Source: Candidatus Omnitrophota bacterium
GTDB taxonomy: Bacteria; Omnitrophota; Gorgyraeia; B26-G9
Direction of reading: 5' to 3'
DNA length: 64,000 bases
Assembly: GCA_016213925.1 (NCBI GenBank)
Contig: JACQZH010000007.1
Location: 30,951-94,950, forward strand
The position numbers and the translations under genes are program-made. Positions 30,837 to 40,740 of the stretch are shown piece by piece. The notes beneath the pieces were generated by a model. That model did not search any database. It was not told the origin of the DNA and worked only from the letters and a program-made list of their open reading frames with translations. Every line of letters starts with the position of its first letter. The stretch's first letter is position 1.

Positions 30837-33422
30837 ATGGCCTCACTAAGGAGCGCGTATATGAGCCAAGAGTTTACCGGTAATGAAGCCCGGCAGAATG
30901 ACGGCGATTCCGGGCAGAATAAAGCGGATCAAACGCAGTGGATAAGCATAAAACGCCCGATGACAAAAGACGGGGTAATAAGCTCGTTTAAGGATAACCG
31001 CCAGTATTTTCTGGCGAAGGACCAATATTCCGCGACAAAATACGATAATTTTATGGCTATGGCCATGTCTATTCGCGATCGGCTCGTAGAACGGTGGATT
31101 CTTACCCAGCAGCGTTACCACCGGGAAAATTTAAAAAGAGTTTATTATCTTTCCATGGAGTTTTTAATCGGCCGCCTCTTGGCAAATAATATCTTAAACC
31201 TGGGGATTTGGGATGAATCGCTTCAGGCGCTTGAAGAAATTGGTTTTGATGCGGATACGCTATTAAACCAAGAACCGGACGCGGGATTGGGAAACGGCGG
31301 ATTAGGAAGGCTGGCTGCCTGTTTTCTTGATTCAATGGCAACGCTTGGAATTCCGGCGTACGGCTACGGTATAAGGTATGATTACGGGATTTTTCATCAA
31401 AAGATTATCGACGGATACCAGGTAGAATTGCCGGATGAGTGGCTTAAGCGCGGTAACCCCTGGGAATTTGCCAGGCCTGAATATACGGTCAAGGTACGTT
31501 TTTACGGGAAGACCCGCTCATTTCATGACCGCAACGGCAGATTAAGGGTTGTCTGGGCTGATACAAAAGATGTTCTTGCCGTCCCCTATGATTTTCCGGT
31601 GCCCGGATATAAAAATGATGTTGTAAATACCTTGCGCTTATGGTCAGCGCGCAGCGCAGAAGAGTTCGATTTTGAATATTTCAATGACGGGGATTATGAG
31701 CGCGCGGTGTATGACCAGGTTTTTTCAGAGAATATTTCAAAGGTGTTATATCCGAATGATATTATTATCCAGGGTAAAGAATTACGATTAAAACAGGAAT
31801 ATTTTTTTACGGCAGCCGCGATTTCGGATATTATCCGCAGGTTCAAGGCGGATAACTCTGATTTGCGCGTTTTTCCTGAAAAAGCGGTTATTCAGCTTAA
31901 TGATACTCATCCGTCTCTGGCCATTGTTGAGCTGATGCGTATTTTAATCGATGAAGAAGATATGGAATGGGACAGCGCCTGGAATATTGTATCCAGGTCA
32001 TTTGCTTATACAAACCATACAATTATGCCGGAAGCGCTGGAATCCTGGCCGGTTCCGTTGTTTGAGAAAATTTTGCCCAGGCATCTGCAATTGATTTATG
32101 AAATAAACCACCGGTTTTTAAGAGAGGTTGCCAACCGCTATCCCTGGGACCAGTTTAGGCTGGGGAGGATGTCTATAATAGAAGAAGGAGATCCTAAATA
32201 TATAAGAATGGCCTATCTTAGTATTGTCGCCAGTTATTCCATTAACGGGGTTTCTGCGCTGCATTCAAAGTTGATAAAAGAAACGCTTTTTAAGGATTTT
32301 CATGATTTATGGCCGGAAAAGTTCAATAATAAAACTAACGGAGTTACCCAGCGGCGCTGGTTAAGAAAAGCCAATACCGGCTTAGCGGGTTTGATAAGCA
32401 AAACAATTTCCGATAAATGGATAACGAACCTTAATGAACTGGAAAACCTGATGCAGCATATCGAAGACCCTTCCTTTAGAGAACAATGGCGGCAGGTTAA
32501 AGCGGAGAACAAAAAAAAGCTTTCCAATTATATCTTCCAAACACTGCATATACAGGTTAATCCAGAAGCGTTGTTTGATGTGCAGGTTAAAAGAATCCAT
32601 GAATATAAACGCCAGCTTTTGTTCGGGCTTTATATCATTTCCCAGTATTTGAAATTAAAAGATAACCCCAATGCCGGGATTCTGCCGCGGACATTTATTT
32701 TCGGCGGAAAATCAGCGCCGGGATATTTTATGGCAAAGCTGGCGATTAAATTTATCAGCCGGATTGCCGATATCATAAATAATGACAAGGGAGTAAAAGA
32801 TATTTTGCGGGTAGCTTTCCTGGAAAATTACAGTGTTTCTTTAGCGGAAAACATATTCCCTGGCAGCGATCTTTCCGAGCAGATATCAACAGCCGGAACC
32901 GAGGCGTCCGGGACGGGATGCATGAAGTTTATGCTTAACGGAGCGTTGACGATCGGTACCTTAGACGGGGCTAACATTGAAATAAAAGAAGCGGTTGGAA
33001 ATGAGAATCTTTTTATTTTCGGGTTAAGAGAATCGGAAGTGCAGGCGCTTAAACATGGAGGATATGACCCGAAACAATACATTAGCCGTTCACCGATGTT
33101 AAAAGAAGTGTTTTCTTTGATTCAGAGCCACTTCTTTTCACCGCTTGACCCGGATCTTTTTGACCCGATAATAGACAACTTGCTTCTAAAGGATCCGTTT
33201 ATGATTTGTGCGGATTTTGATTCTTACTGTCAGGCGCAGGATAGGGTTTCTTCGGAATACCGCAACTTGGATGTCTGGACAAAGAAATCGATTGTTAATA
33301 CCGCTAAGTCAGGAAAATTTTCCAGCGACCGCACAATTGCCGAATACGCCAAACAGATATGGGGCGTGCCGGTTAATCAAAAGCTTTGCGGGGAATTTTT
33401 GGGGTCGGGTCAAAACTATTGA
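30837..33422 (+). CDS. glgP: Glycogen/alpha-glucan phosphorylase
   Basis: GLGNGGLGRLAACF, QLNDTHP, KRIHEYKRQ, EASGTGCMKF (PLP Lys). Confidence 0.97.
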   Translation: MASLRSAYMSQEFTGNEARQNDGDSGQNKADQTQWISIKRPMTKDGVISSFKDNRQYFLAKDQYSATKYDNFMAMAMSIRDRLVERWILTQQRYHRENLKRVYYLSMEFLIGRLLANNILNLGIWDESLQALEEIGFDADTLLNQEPDAGLGNGGLGRLAACFLDSMATLGIPAYGYGIRYDYGIFHQKIIDGYQVELPDEWLKRGNPWEFARPEYTVKVRFYGKTRSFHDRNGRLRVVWADTKDVLAVPYDFPVPGYKNDVVNTLRLWSARSAEEFDFEYFNDGDYERAVYDQVFSENISKVLYPNDIIIQGKELRLKQEYFFTAAAISDIIRRFKADNSDLRVFPEKAVIQLNDTHPSLAIVELMRILIDEEDMEWDSAWNIVSRSFAYTNHTIMPEALESWPVPLFEKILPRHLQLIYEINHRFLREVANRYPWDQFRLGRMSIIEEGDPKYIRMAYLSIVASYSINGVSALHSKLIKETLFKDFHDLWPEKFNNKTNGVTQRRWLRKANTGLAGLISKTISDKWITNLNELENLMQHIEDPSFREQWRQVKAENKKKLSNYIFQTLHIQVNPEALFDVQVKRIHEYKRQLLFGLYIISQYLKLKDNPNAGILPRTFIFGGKSAPGYFMAKLAIKFISRIADIINNDKGVKDILRVAFLENYSVSLAENIFPGSDLSEQISTAGTEASGTGCMKFMLNGALTIGTLDGANIEIKEAVGNENLFIFGLRESEVQALKHGGYDPKQYISRSPMLKEVFSLIQSHFFSPLDPDLFDPIIDNLLLKDPFMICADFDSYCQAQDRVSSEYRNLDVWTKKSIVNTAKSGKFSSDRTIAEYAKQIWGVPVNQKLCGEFLGSGQNY

Positions 33423-33517
33423 CAAAATTGCCATTTTTTATCCGCTTCTCTCTGCCCTGCTTTAATACCTACGCATTGAGGGACATTAACTTGATATTTT
33501 CTACTGCAATTTTTCAG
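33403..33517 (+). repeat. 115-bp direct repeat R1, copy 1 (overlaps glgP stop)
   Basis: Near-identical to 35675-35789. Confidence 0.9.
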
Positions 33518-33538
33518 ATAATATGATAATATTACACT

Positions 33539-33787
33539 ATGAAATACACTATTGAGTTTAAACCTCGTGCTGTTAAAGATTGCCGGCGTATTGATAAAAA
33601 ATTAGCAAGAATTATTTTTTTTAAAATTGAATCATTATCAAATAACTTACAGGGTGACGTGAAAAAGTTGGCAGATTTTACGCCTGAATACCGCCTGCGT
33701 GTCGGTGACTATCGGGTTTTATTTGAAATTGAAGAAGATAAAATTATTATTTATAGAATAAGGCACAGAAAAGAAGCCTACATTTAA
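33539..33787 (+). CDS. relE: RelE/ParE-family toxin
   Basis: 82 aa; GDVKKL…YRLRVGDYRVLFEI…IRHRKEAY. Confidence 0.9.
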   Translation: MKYTIEFKPRAVKDCRRIDKKLARIIFFKIESLSNNLQGDVKKLADFTPEYRLRVGDYRVLFEIEEDKIIIYRIRHRKEAYI

Positions 33788-33799
33788 GGAGGTTTTATA

Positions 33800-33997
33800 A
33801 TGACTATTCATGCTCAAATCTTAAAAAGAAACGGTAAAAATGAATTTGCTGTCCTGTCCTATGAAGAATTCCTAAAAATACAAGAAATACTGGATAACTA
33901 TGCGGATTTAAAAGCGTTACGTTTGGCAAAAGCTAAAGAAAAAAATGCTAAAACCGTTTCTTTAAAAGAAGCAAAAAAAATTATCCGCTTTAATTAA
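33800..33997 (+). CDS. Putative antitoxin (Phd/YefM-like)
   Basis: 65 aa directly downstream of the toxin; KRNGKNEFAVLSYEEF. Confidence 0.75.
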   Translation: MTIHAQILKRNGKNEFAVLSYEEFLKIQEILDNYADLKALRLAKAKEKNAKTVSLKEAKKIIRFN

Positions 33998-34002
33998 CCC
34001 TC

Positions 34003-34074
34003 TATCAACTCGCTTCAGCTAACTGGTGGGCATGCCCAGGAGCTCACCCCAGTAGCTGAGTTCACGCGTTGAGT
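34003..34074 (+). other. attC-like integron recombination site (solitary)
   Basis: TCAAC…GTTGA outer boxes; inner TCAGCTAACTGG / CCAGTAGCTGA imperfect palindrome with one extra base; begins 5 nt after the antitoxin stop. Confidence 0.55.
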
Positions 34075-34320
34075 TATGGGACATATTAGTTAATTAGATA
34101 TTGCCCATGGAATAAGTGTATTGCAACGAAAGGGAACGATGCCTGTTCCCTCCTTAGGGCGCTCCGACATCCTGTCTTCGCCCATTCACCTGAATTAAAG
34201 AACATCAGCTGAAAATTCCAAATGGGGAAATTCCATGCAGAAGCAAAAAATGATTGCCGCGGTAAAAGATAAGGATTAAAATAGAAACACGTATAAAAAT
34301 CACAAAAACAAAAGAAAAAG
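34071..34320 (+). repeat. Direct repeat R2, copy 1 (short form)
   Basis: Matches 35886-35965 plus 36188-36357. Confidence 0.9.
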
Positions 34321-34434
34321 TCTGTGGTTTGACTTTTTCTACAGGCTCGTTAGACAAAAATGAAAGGAGGATTTTAAAATAAATATTTAAAATAAATGTT
34401 AAATAAAATTTAATTTTAAAGAGGAGGTTATTCT

Positions 34435-35565
34435 ATGAAATGGGGAGGAATTGTTTTATTCATAATAGTCTTGGGCATAATAAATGTTTCTTTAGCTCAT
34501 GCCGTTGATTCTTCTGATATTATTGCTATGTGGCGTATGGATGAGGGCAATGGAAGCGTATTATATAATAGTTCAAATGCAGGATCGGCGTATGACGGGG
34601 ATATATACGGGGCAACTTGGACGGACGGGATCTCAGGCAAAGCGTTACAATTCGATGGTACTAGTGCATATGTGAAAATTCGCAGTAATGTTCCGACTCC
34701 AGTATCAGGATATACAATAGAAGCATGGGCATATCTTGATAGAACCCCTGATAACCTTTCAGGAATAATCCTTGAAAAGTGGTTGTCCGGACAAGGCCCT
34801 GCCTGGATATTAAGTGTACTTAATCAGCTTAACGGCATTTCCTTAAATCCAAATTTTGATTGGGGAGTATCCGGATCCGGACTGGGAACCCCGGCAAATT
34901 TTTCGGTAACATTAAATGAATGGCATTATATAGCAGGAACTGTCGCTTATAATCCTGCGACGAATATTGCCACAAGCAGAATCTATGTTGATGGCACGTT
35001 GAAAAATACAGTTATTGCCTCACATTCAGGCACCCCATCGGATTGCAATACTGATGTCGCTATCGGCGTGGGTGATTTTGCTAATTTAGAAAAAAGGCAT
35101 TATTTCCCGGGTAAAATAGATGAAATAACTATTTATAATCGAGCTTTATCCGATGAGGAGATTCAGCAAAACTATTATTCAATACTGGCATATGAAATCG
35201 GCTTAGATATTGATCCTAATTCATTAAATTTAAAAAGTAATGGAGAATATATTACTGGATATTTATGTTTAGACAAAAACATATCTTATTCTCAGGTAAA
35301 TATTAATACCATAAGAATAACCATGCTCAGCATTGAGAATGGAGAAAAAATAACAACTAATATTCCTGCTGTGCCTGGTCTTGAGGGATATTCTGATTAT
35401 GACGGTGATGAAATTATAGATATCATGGTAAAATTTGACCGGGATTCTTTAATTTCTTTACTCTTGTCAAAAGTAACCGAAAAAACAAAATTAGAAATTA
35501 CAGTTGAAGTAGAAACAATTTCCGGCAAGAAACTTATAGGTAAAGATACTATTATTGCAAAATAA
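34435..35565 (+). CDS. Secreted LamG (concanavalin A-like) domain protein
   Basis: Signal peptide; WRMDEGNG, GKALQFDG, TIEAW, WHYIAGT, GKIDEITIYNRALSDEEI. Confidence 0.88.
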   Translation: MKWGGIVLFIIVLGIINVSLAHAVDSSDIIAMWRMDEGNGSVLYNSSNAGSAYDGDIYGATWTDGISGKALQFDGTSAYVKIRSNVPTPVSGYTIEAWAYLDRTPDNLSGIILEKWLSGQGPAWILSVLNQLNGISLNPNFDWGVSGSGLGTPANFSVTLNEWHYIAGTVAYNPATNIATSRIYVDGTLKNTVIASHSGTPSDCNTDVAIGVGDFANLEKRHYFPGKIDEITIYNRALSDEEIQQNYYSILAYEIGLDIDPNSLNLKSNGEYITGYLCLDKNISYSQVNINTIRITMLSIENGEKITTNIPAVPGLEGYSDYDGDEIIDIMVKFDRDSLISLLLSKVTEKTKLEITVEVETISGKKLIGKDTIIAK

Positions 35566-35674
35566 GCATCAGAGAACTAGGGGGCAGCGGGTCACAAAAT
35601 TAACGCTCCCCCCCTGCCTTATTATTCGGAAAGCGCGCTGTGGGACTTAGATAAAAGTATAAAAGATTGACCGA

Positions 35675-35789
35675 GGTCAGGTCCAAACTATTGACAAAAT
35701 TGCCATTTTTTATCCGCTTCTCTCTGCCCTGCTTCAATACCTACTCATTGAGGGACATTAACTTGATATTTTCTGCTGCAATTTTTCAG
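35675..35789 (+). repeat. 115-bp direct repeat R1, copy 2
   Basis: Near-identical to 33403-33517. Confidence 0.9.
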
Positions 35790-35885
35790 GACGCTGAGGG
35801 ACGCGCAGGACGCTGAGGACGTAGATAAAAGTATAAAAGAGTAACCTGGTTCAAGTCTCGACTTGACTACATGTTAATTTGTACG

Positions 35886-36357
35886 AGTTATGGGACATAC
35901 TAGTTAATTAGATATTGCCCATGGAATAAGTGTATTGCAACGAAAGGGAACGATGCCTGTTCCCTTAGACCCTTAGCCCATATTTCTTTTGTCCGCATAA
36001 AAGAAATATGGAAAAGAAAAAGCGCCCCAGTGGAATTTTTTTGCGATGTTCTTCTTTTTCTGGTTTAGCAGGCAAGATAATTCAGGTGAATGGATTCAGG
36101 CACGCATAAAAACTGCGTGCCTTCACGCCAATAAGGCAGTCCTGTCCGCCTGTGAAGCGGCGGGACCTCGATGTACTCTGTAGCGGGCCTTAGGGCGCTC
36201 CGACATCCTGTCTTCGCCCATTCACCAGAATTAAAGAACATCCGCTGAAAATTCCAAATGGGGAAATTCCATGCAGAAGCAAAAAAATTATTGCCGCGGT
36301 AAAAGATAAGGATTAAAATAGAAACACGTATAAAAATCACAAAAACAAAAGCAAAAG
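35886..36357 (+). repeat. Direct repeat R2, copy 2 (long form, about 220 bp of extra structured sequence)
   Basis: Flanks match 34071-34320; extra segment 35966-36187 bounded by CCTTAG. Confidence 0.85.
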
Positions 36358-36694
36358 TTAAACAAGGACGAGACCATAATTTAAGGAGCTGGGGATATAC
36401 TAGTTAGATAATTAGATATTGGAAGCCACCCGGGTAGACCTCGAAAGCAGAAAATAGCATCATCCGCTTCCTTCTAATCCAATATTTTTATCGACAAATA
36501 AAACAAAAAATAAATTTAACCAGGCTAAATACAGAGAAAACCAAGAAAATCTCTGTGTCCTCTGTGGTGGAAAATAGCGGCGAAAAATAAAGGGTTGCGG
36601 AGATTTAGTGTTGAGCCTGTAGGAAAAGCCCCAAAAACCGCTTATTTCGGGTATCAGGCGCATACAAATTTAAAAAATATGGTATAATGAAAAT

Positions 36695-36883
36695 ATGAAA
36701 ATGTTAAGGGGCAAGGCTAAGCTAATTAAAATGCCTAAAAGTGACGACCCTTTTATCGCTGAACCGCCACAACTATGTATTAGTTTTATATGGGAACTTA
36801 CGGCGGAATTGTGGTCATTGAAAGGAGCAGCATATGTTGAACGAAGATTACAAAGAAATGTTACAAATCTTATTAAACAATGA
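36695..36883 (+). CDS. Small hypothetical protein of the type found upstream of nucleotidyltransferase genes
   Basis: 62 aa ending ERRLQRNVTNLIKQ; overlaps the following remnant. Confidence 0.55.
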   Translation: MKMLRGKAKLIKMPKSDDPFIAEPPQLCISFIWELTAELWSLKGAAYVERRLQRNVTNLIKQ

Positions 36884-36965
36884 GGTAAAATTTTTTAAAA
36901 AAATTATCAGAAATAAAAAAGCTAAAGGAAGATAAAAAGATAAACGGGATGTTAAATATTAAAAG
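36834..36965 (+). pseudogene. Nucleotidyltransferase remnant with most of the gene deleted
   Basis: MLNEDYKEMLQILLNNEVKF joined directly to IIRNKKAKGR*KDKRDVKY, resembling the N- and C-termini of this family. Confidence 0.55.
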
Positions 36966-36989
36966 AGGAATAGGAATGTTAATCTTAAA

Positions 36990-37607
36990 ATGAGCGGACT
37001 TTTTTCCCGTGTGTATAGAAAAAACAATAACCAAAACGTTTATGTTGCCGGCATCCTGGGCAGCCCGCGTATCCAGGGTAATTGCGATATACTGCTGGAT
37101 AAAGCGCTGGAAGGCGCTTCGGCAACAGGAGCGAGGATAGAAAAAATCATTTTAAATAATTTTAATTTTTCCGGCTGCCTTTCCTGTGAAGATGTCCGCG
37201 ATGACGGCAATTGTAAAGTTAAAGACGATTTTCAGCAAATATACCGAAAGCTGTTTACGGCGGATATAATTATTATCGCCAGCCCGATTTACTTCGGGAG
37301 CCTGACTGCCCAGACAAAAACAATGATTGACCGTTTTCAGTGTTTTTGGCGCGCGGTAAATATCACCAAAACAATTGCTCTGGATAAGGAAAAACGCGGA
37401 GGGTTTATTTGCGTGCAGGCGGATAACCGGGAGGATTTTTTTAAGAACGCGCAGTTTGTCGTAAAGCAGTTTTTTGCCGCGATCGGGGTCAGGTATTGCG
37501 AGGAACTTTTTTGCCAGCAAGTTGAAGAAAAAGCGAGTATAAAAAACCGCCCGGAATGTTTAAAGGATGCGTTTGCTCTTGGAGAACTCTTAGTTAACAG
37601 GGAATAA
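36990..37607 (+). CDS. Flavodoxin-family / iron-sulfur flavoprotein
   Basis: GSPR..GN, CLSC…CKVKDD, ASPIYFG, KTMIDR. Confidence 0.88.
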   Translation: MSGLFSRVYRKNNNQNVYVAGILGSPRIQGNCDILLDKALEGASATGARIEKIILNNFNFSGCLSCEDVRDDGNCKVKDDFQQIYRKLFTADIIIIASPIYFGSLTAQTKTMIDRFQCFWRAVNITKTIALDKEKRGGFICVQADNREDFFKNAQFVVKQFFAAIGVRYCEELFCQQVEEKASIKNRPECLKDAFALGELLVNRE

Positions 37608-37694
37608 AAGATGCGTATGACGTAAGATATAAGACGCAAGACATAAGACAAAGAACAGGCATACCCCAGAAACCGAAACCCCCTTATTTTTACT

Positions 37695-37887
37695 ATTATC
37701 CCAAAAATTGCAATGGAAAATAAAAATCATGGTAACTTATTTCGAAAAAACCAGTTGCAAAATAAGGTCTCGCATAAAAAGGTATGTGCAATTTCCGGGA
37801 TACCTCGATGGCAAGTCTAAATCCTACTCGGATTTAGACTATCGACCCTATCGGGCGGATTTTCCCCATTGCAAAATCCGGGATTAT
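37695..37887. repeat. TIR-bounded miniature element, copy 2 (about 193 bp)
   Basis: ATTATCCCAAAAATTGCAATGG / CCATTGCAAAATCCGGGATTAT ends; internal GGGATACCTCGA and TCGACCCTA shared with the 49.7-kb copy. Confidence 0.7.
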
Positions 37888-37998
37888 TACGAAAAACAAT
37901 AAAATTACGTTTAGCAGATAAATAATTGTAAAAACACTGGGATTCATTTATAATAAAAACACTATTATTTCGATGTTTTTACCATTTTAAGGGATAGA

Positions 37999-40740
37999 GT
38001 GATTATGCAGACTGTTTCCGGCGATTTTAACCCGTTAGAGAAAATTAGCGAGGCTGTTAGTTTAGGGATGGAAAAATCATCCGACGGGGATGAAGGAAAA
38101 AATTCTTTAGCTGGGTTAACTCCGATGATGAATCAGTATTTGCGCATAAAGCAGGAGCATCAGGACGCTATCCTCTTTTTCCGCCTAGGAGATTTCTATG
38201 AAATGTTTTTTGACGACGCGAAAACAGCGTCCGCAATCTTAAGCCTTACGCTTACGTCCCGTGAAGCGGGGAAGAATAACCGTGTCCCGATGTGCGGGAT
38301 TCCCTTTCATGCCGGTGAAAACTATATCAGCCGCCTTTTGGCAGCAGGCCATAAAGTCGCTATTTGCGAGCAGACAGAAGACCCTAAGCAGGCTAAAGGG
38401 ATAGTTAAGCGGGAGATTGTCCGTATCATAACTGCCGGTACAATGATCAGTCAGAATCTGCTTTCAAAAACGCACAATAATTATTTAATCAGCGTTTACC
38501 GCAAGTCTAATCAGGAATACGGGTTATCCGCGGTAGACCTTTCAACAGGAGAGTTCATGGTAACTGAACTTAAGAGCATGGAAACATTTTTAAGCGAACT
38601 TACCAGGCTTGCTCCGGCAGAAGTGCTGTTTTCGCAATCTGTCATGGCTGATGCGGTTTTTATCGATAAAATCAAACAGCGTTTTAATGCGGCGCTTAGC
38701 GCAATTGAGGATTGGACATTTGATTTTACTTATGGATATGAAAAATTAACTGCGCATTTTAAAGTAAAAAACTTAAACGGATTTGGCTGTGACAATATGC
38801 CTTTGGCAGTTAGCTCTGCTGGCGCGCTGCTAAGGTATCTGGAACAAACCCAGAAAACCCAGATAAGCCACATTACTAAATTGCAGCCGTATTCGCTGAA
38901 TAAATTTATGGTTCTTGACAGCATTGCCCAGCGGACATTAGAACTTGTGCGTTCAGTGCGTAATGATAAGAAATCGACTCTTTTGAACGAACTTGACTTT
39001 ACGCATACTCCGATGGGAGCGAGGCTTATTATTCAGTGGATCCAGCAGCCGCTTTTGGATATCGCGCAGATAAATCAGCGCTTGGATGCTGTGGCGGAAC
39101 TTTTTGATAATCAATCTCTGCGCAATACGTTAAAAGATACGTTTAAGCTGATCGTTGATATTGAAAGATTACTTAGCCGGATAAGCTTAAATGCTGCGAA
39201 TGCCAGGGATGTTTTTACTTTAAATGAGTCTTTGAAAATAATCCCGCGATTGAAAGCGCTTTTAACAGGCAAAAAAAGCCGGTTGTTGGTTGAGATTAAG
39301 GAAAACTTGGTTGATCAAGGCCGGTTATGCGAGTTTTTGGATAAGTCTGTCCGTGACGACGCGCCTTTATCCGTGCGCGAGGGAAGGATGATCCGCGAGG
39401 GAGTTAATGCCGAGCTTGATGAATTGATTAAGCTTACTAAAGGAGGCAGGGACTGGATTGCCAGGCAGCAGCAGAAAGAAATTGAACGCACCGGAATCAA
39501 TTCGCTTAAAATTAAATACAATAGCGTATTTGGTTATTATATTGAAGTGACAAAAACCAACCTGCATTTGGTTCCGGCTGATTATATCCGCAAGCAAACG
39601 CTGGTTAACGCGGAACGGTTTATTACTCCGGAACTGAAAGAGCAGGAGGAAAAAATCCTTTCCGCGCAGGAAAGAATGATTGAGCTTGAATATAAAGTGT
39701 TTATGGATATTTGCCGTAAAATTATGGACAGCCTTGAGCCTATACAGGCAAGCGCGGGAAGCATCGCGCTGCTAGATGTCTTAAACAGCTTTGCTGAAGC
39801 GGCGGCGCGCAATAGATATGCGAGGCCGCAGCTTTACAATGATTCGACAATTAATATTAAGGAAGGCCGACATCCTGTATTGGAAAATCTGCTTAGCGCG
39901 CGGAAGTTTATTCCTAATGATACAGTGCTTGATTCAAGCGGTAACCAGATATTGATTATAACCGGGCCGAATATGGCCGGTAAATCCACTTATATCCGCC
40001 AGGTTGCCTTAACCATTCTTATGGCGCAGATGGGCAGTTTTGTTCCAGCTAAGGAGGCGCATATAGGGATAGTGGACAGGATTTTTACCCGCGTAGGCGC
40101 TGCTGATGATATCAGTGCTGGTATGAGCACGTTTATGATGGAGATGAGTGAAACGGCAAATATATTGAATAACGCGACGTCAAAAAGCATGATAATCCTG
40201 GATGAAATAGGCCGCGGTACAAGTACCTTTGACGGCTTGAGCATTGCCTGGGCAACGGCTGAATTTTTGCATAATAACAAATCGGCAAAACCAAAAACTT
40301 TATTTGCCACACATTATCATGAATTAGCGGAAATGGAAATGCTATTTAACGGAATAAAAAATTATAACATTGCTGTGCGCGAGTGGAACGACGAAGTGGT
40401 GTTTCTTTATAAGCTTATGCCGGGCCAGGCGGACCATTCTTACGGTATCCATGTGGCCCGTTTAGCCGGAATGCCGAAAGAGGTTATTTCGCGCGCGCGT
40501 GAAATTTTAAGCAATCTTGAGATAAACAGCATAACGAATGACGGGATCCCCAGCCTTGTGAAATCAAGCAAAGATAAGAATAAAACAAAAGAGACACAGA
40601 AAGAATTATTCGGCCGGAAGGAAAATCCGCTTTTAAATGAAATAAAAACTTTGGATATCAGCAGGCTTAGCCCGCTTAACGCGTTAAACCTGATCAACGG
40701 CTGGCAGGAGGACTTAAAGGAGCAGGATGGGAAAGATTAA
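37999..40740 (+). CDS. mutS: DNA mismatch repair protein MutS
   Basis: TPMMNQY, GDFYEMF, GPNMAGKST, DEIGRGTST, ATHYHEL. Confidence 0.97.
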   Translation: MIMQTVSGDFNPLEKISEAVSLGMEKSSDGDEGKNSLAGLTPMMNQYLRIKQEHQDAILFFRLGDFYEMFFDDAKTASAILSLTLTSREAGKNNRVPMCGIPFHAGENYISRLLAAGHKVAICEQTEDPKQAKGIVKREIVRIITAGTMISQNLLSKTHNNYLISVYRKSNQEYGLSAVDLSTGEFMVTELKSMETFLSELTRLAPAEVLFSQSVMADAVFIDKIKQRFNAALSAIEDWTFDFTYGYEKLTAHFKVKNLNGFGCDNMPLAVSSAGALLRYLEQTQKTQISHITKLQPYSLNKFMVLDSIAQRTLELVRSVRNDKKSTLLNELDFTHTPMGARLIIQWIQQPLLDIAQINQRLDAVAELFDNQSLRNTLKDTFKLIVDIERLLSRISLNAANARDVFTLNESLKIIPRLKALLTGKKSRLLVEIKENLVDQGRLCEFLDKSVRDDAPLSVREGRMIREGVNAELDELIKLTKGGRDWIARQQQKEIERTGINSLKIKYNSVFGYYIEVTKTNLHLVPADYIRKQTLVNAERFITPELKEQEEKILSAQERMIELEYKVFMDICRKIMDSLEPIQASAGSIALLDVLNSFAEAAARNRYARPQLYNDSTINIKEGRHPVLENLLSARKFIPNDTVLDSSGNQILIITGPNMAGKSTYIRQVALTILMAQMGSFVPAKEAHIGIVDRIFTRVGAADDISAGMSTFMMEMSETANILNNATSKSMIILDEIGRGTSTFDGLSIAWATAEFLHNNKSAKPKTLFATHYHELAEMEMLFNGIKNYNIAVREWNDEVVFLYKLMPGQADHSYGIHVARLAGMPKEVISRAREILSNLEINSITNDGIPSLVKSSKDKNKTKETQKELFGRKENPLLNEIKTLDISRLSPLNALNLINGWQEDLKEQDGKD

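Noticed and set aside
36065-36663. ORFs 36065-36340 and 36460-36663 (likewise 37708-37902, 47711-47929, 49668-49953)
   Set aside because: They lie in or across non-coding repeat elements; probably spurious
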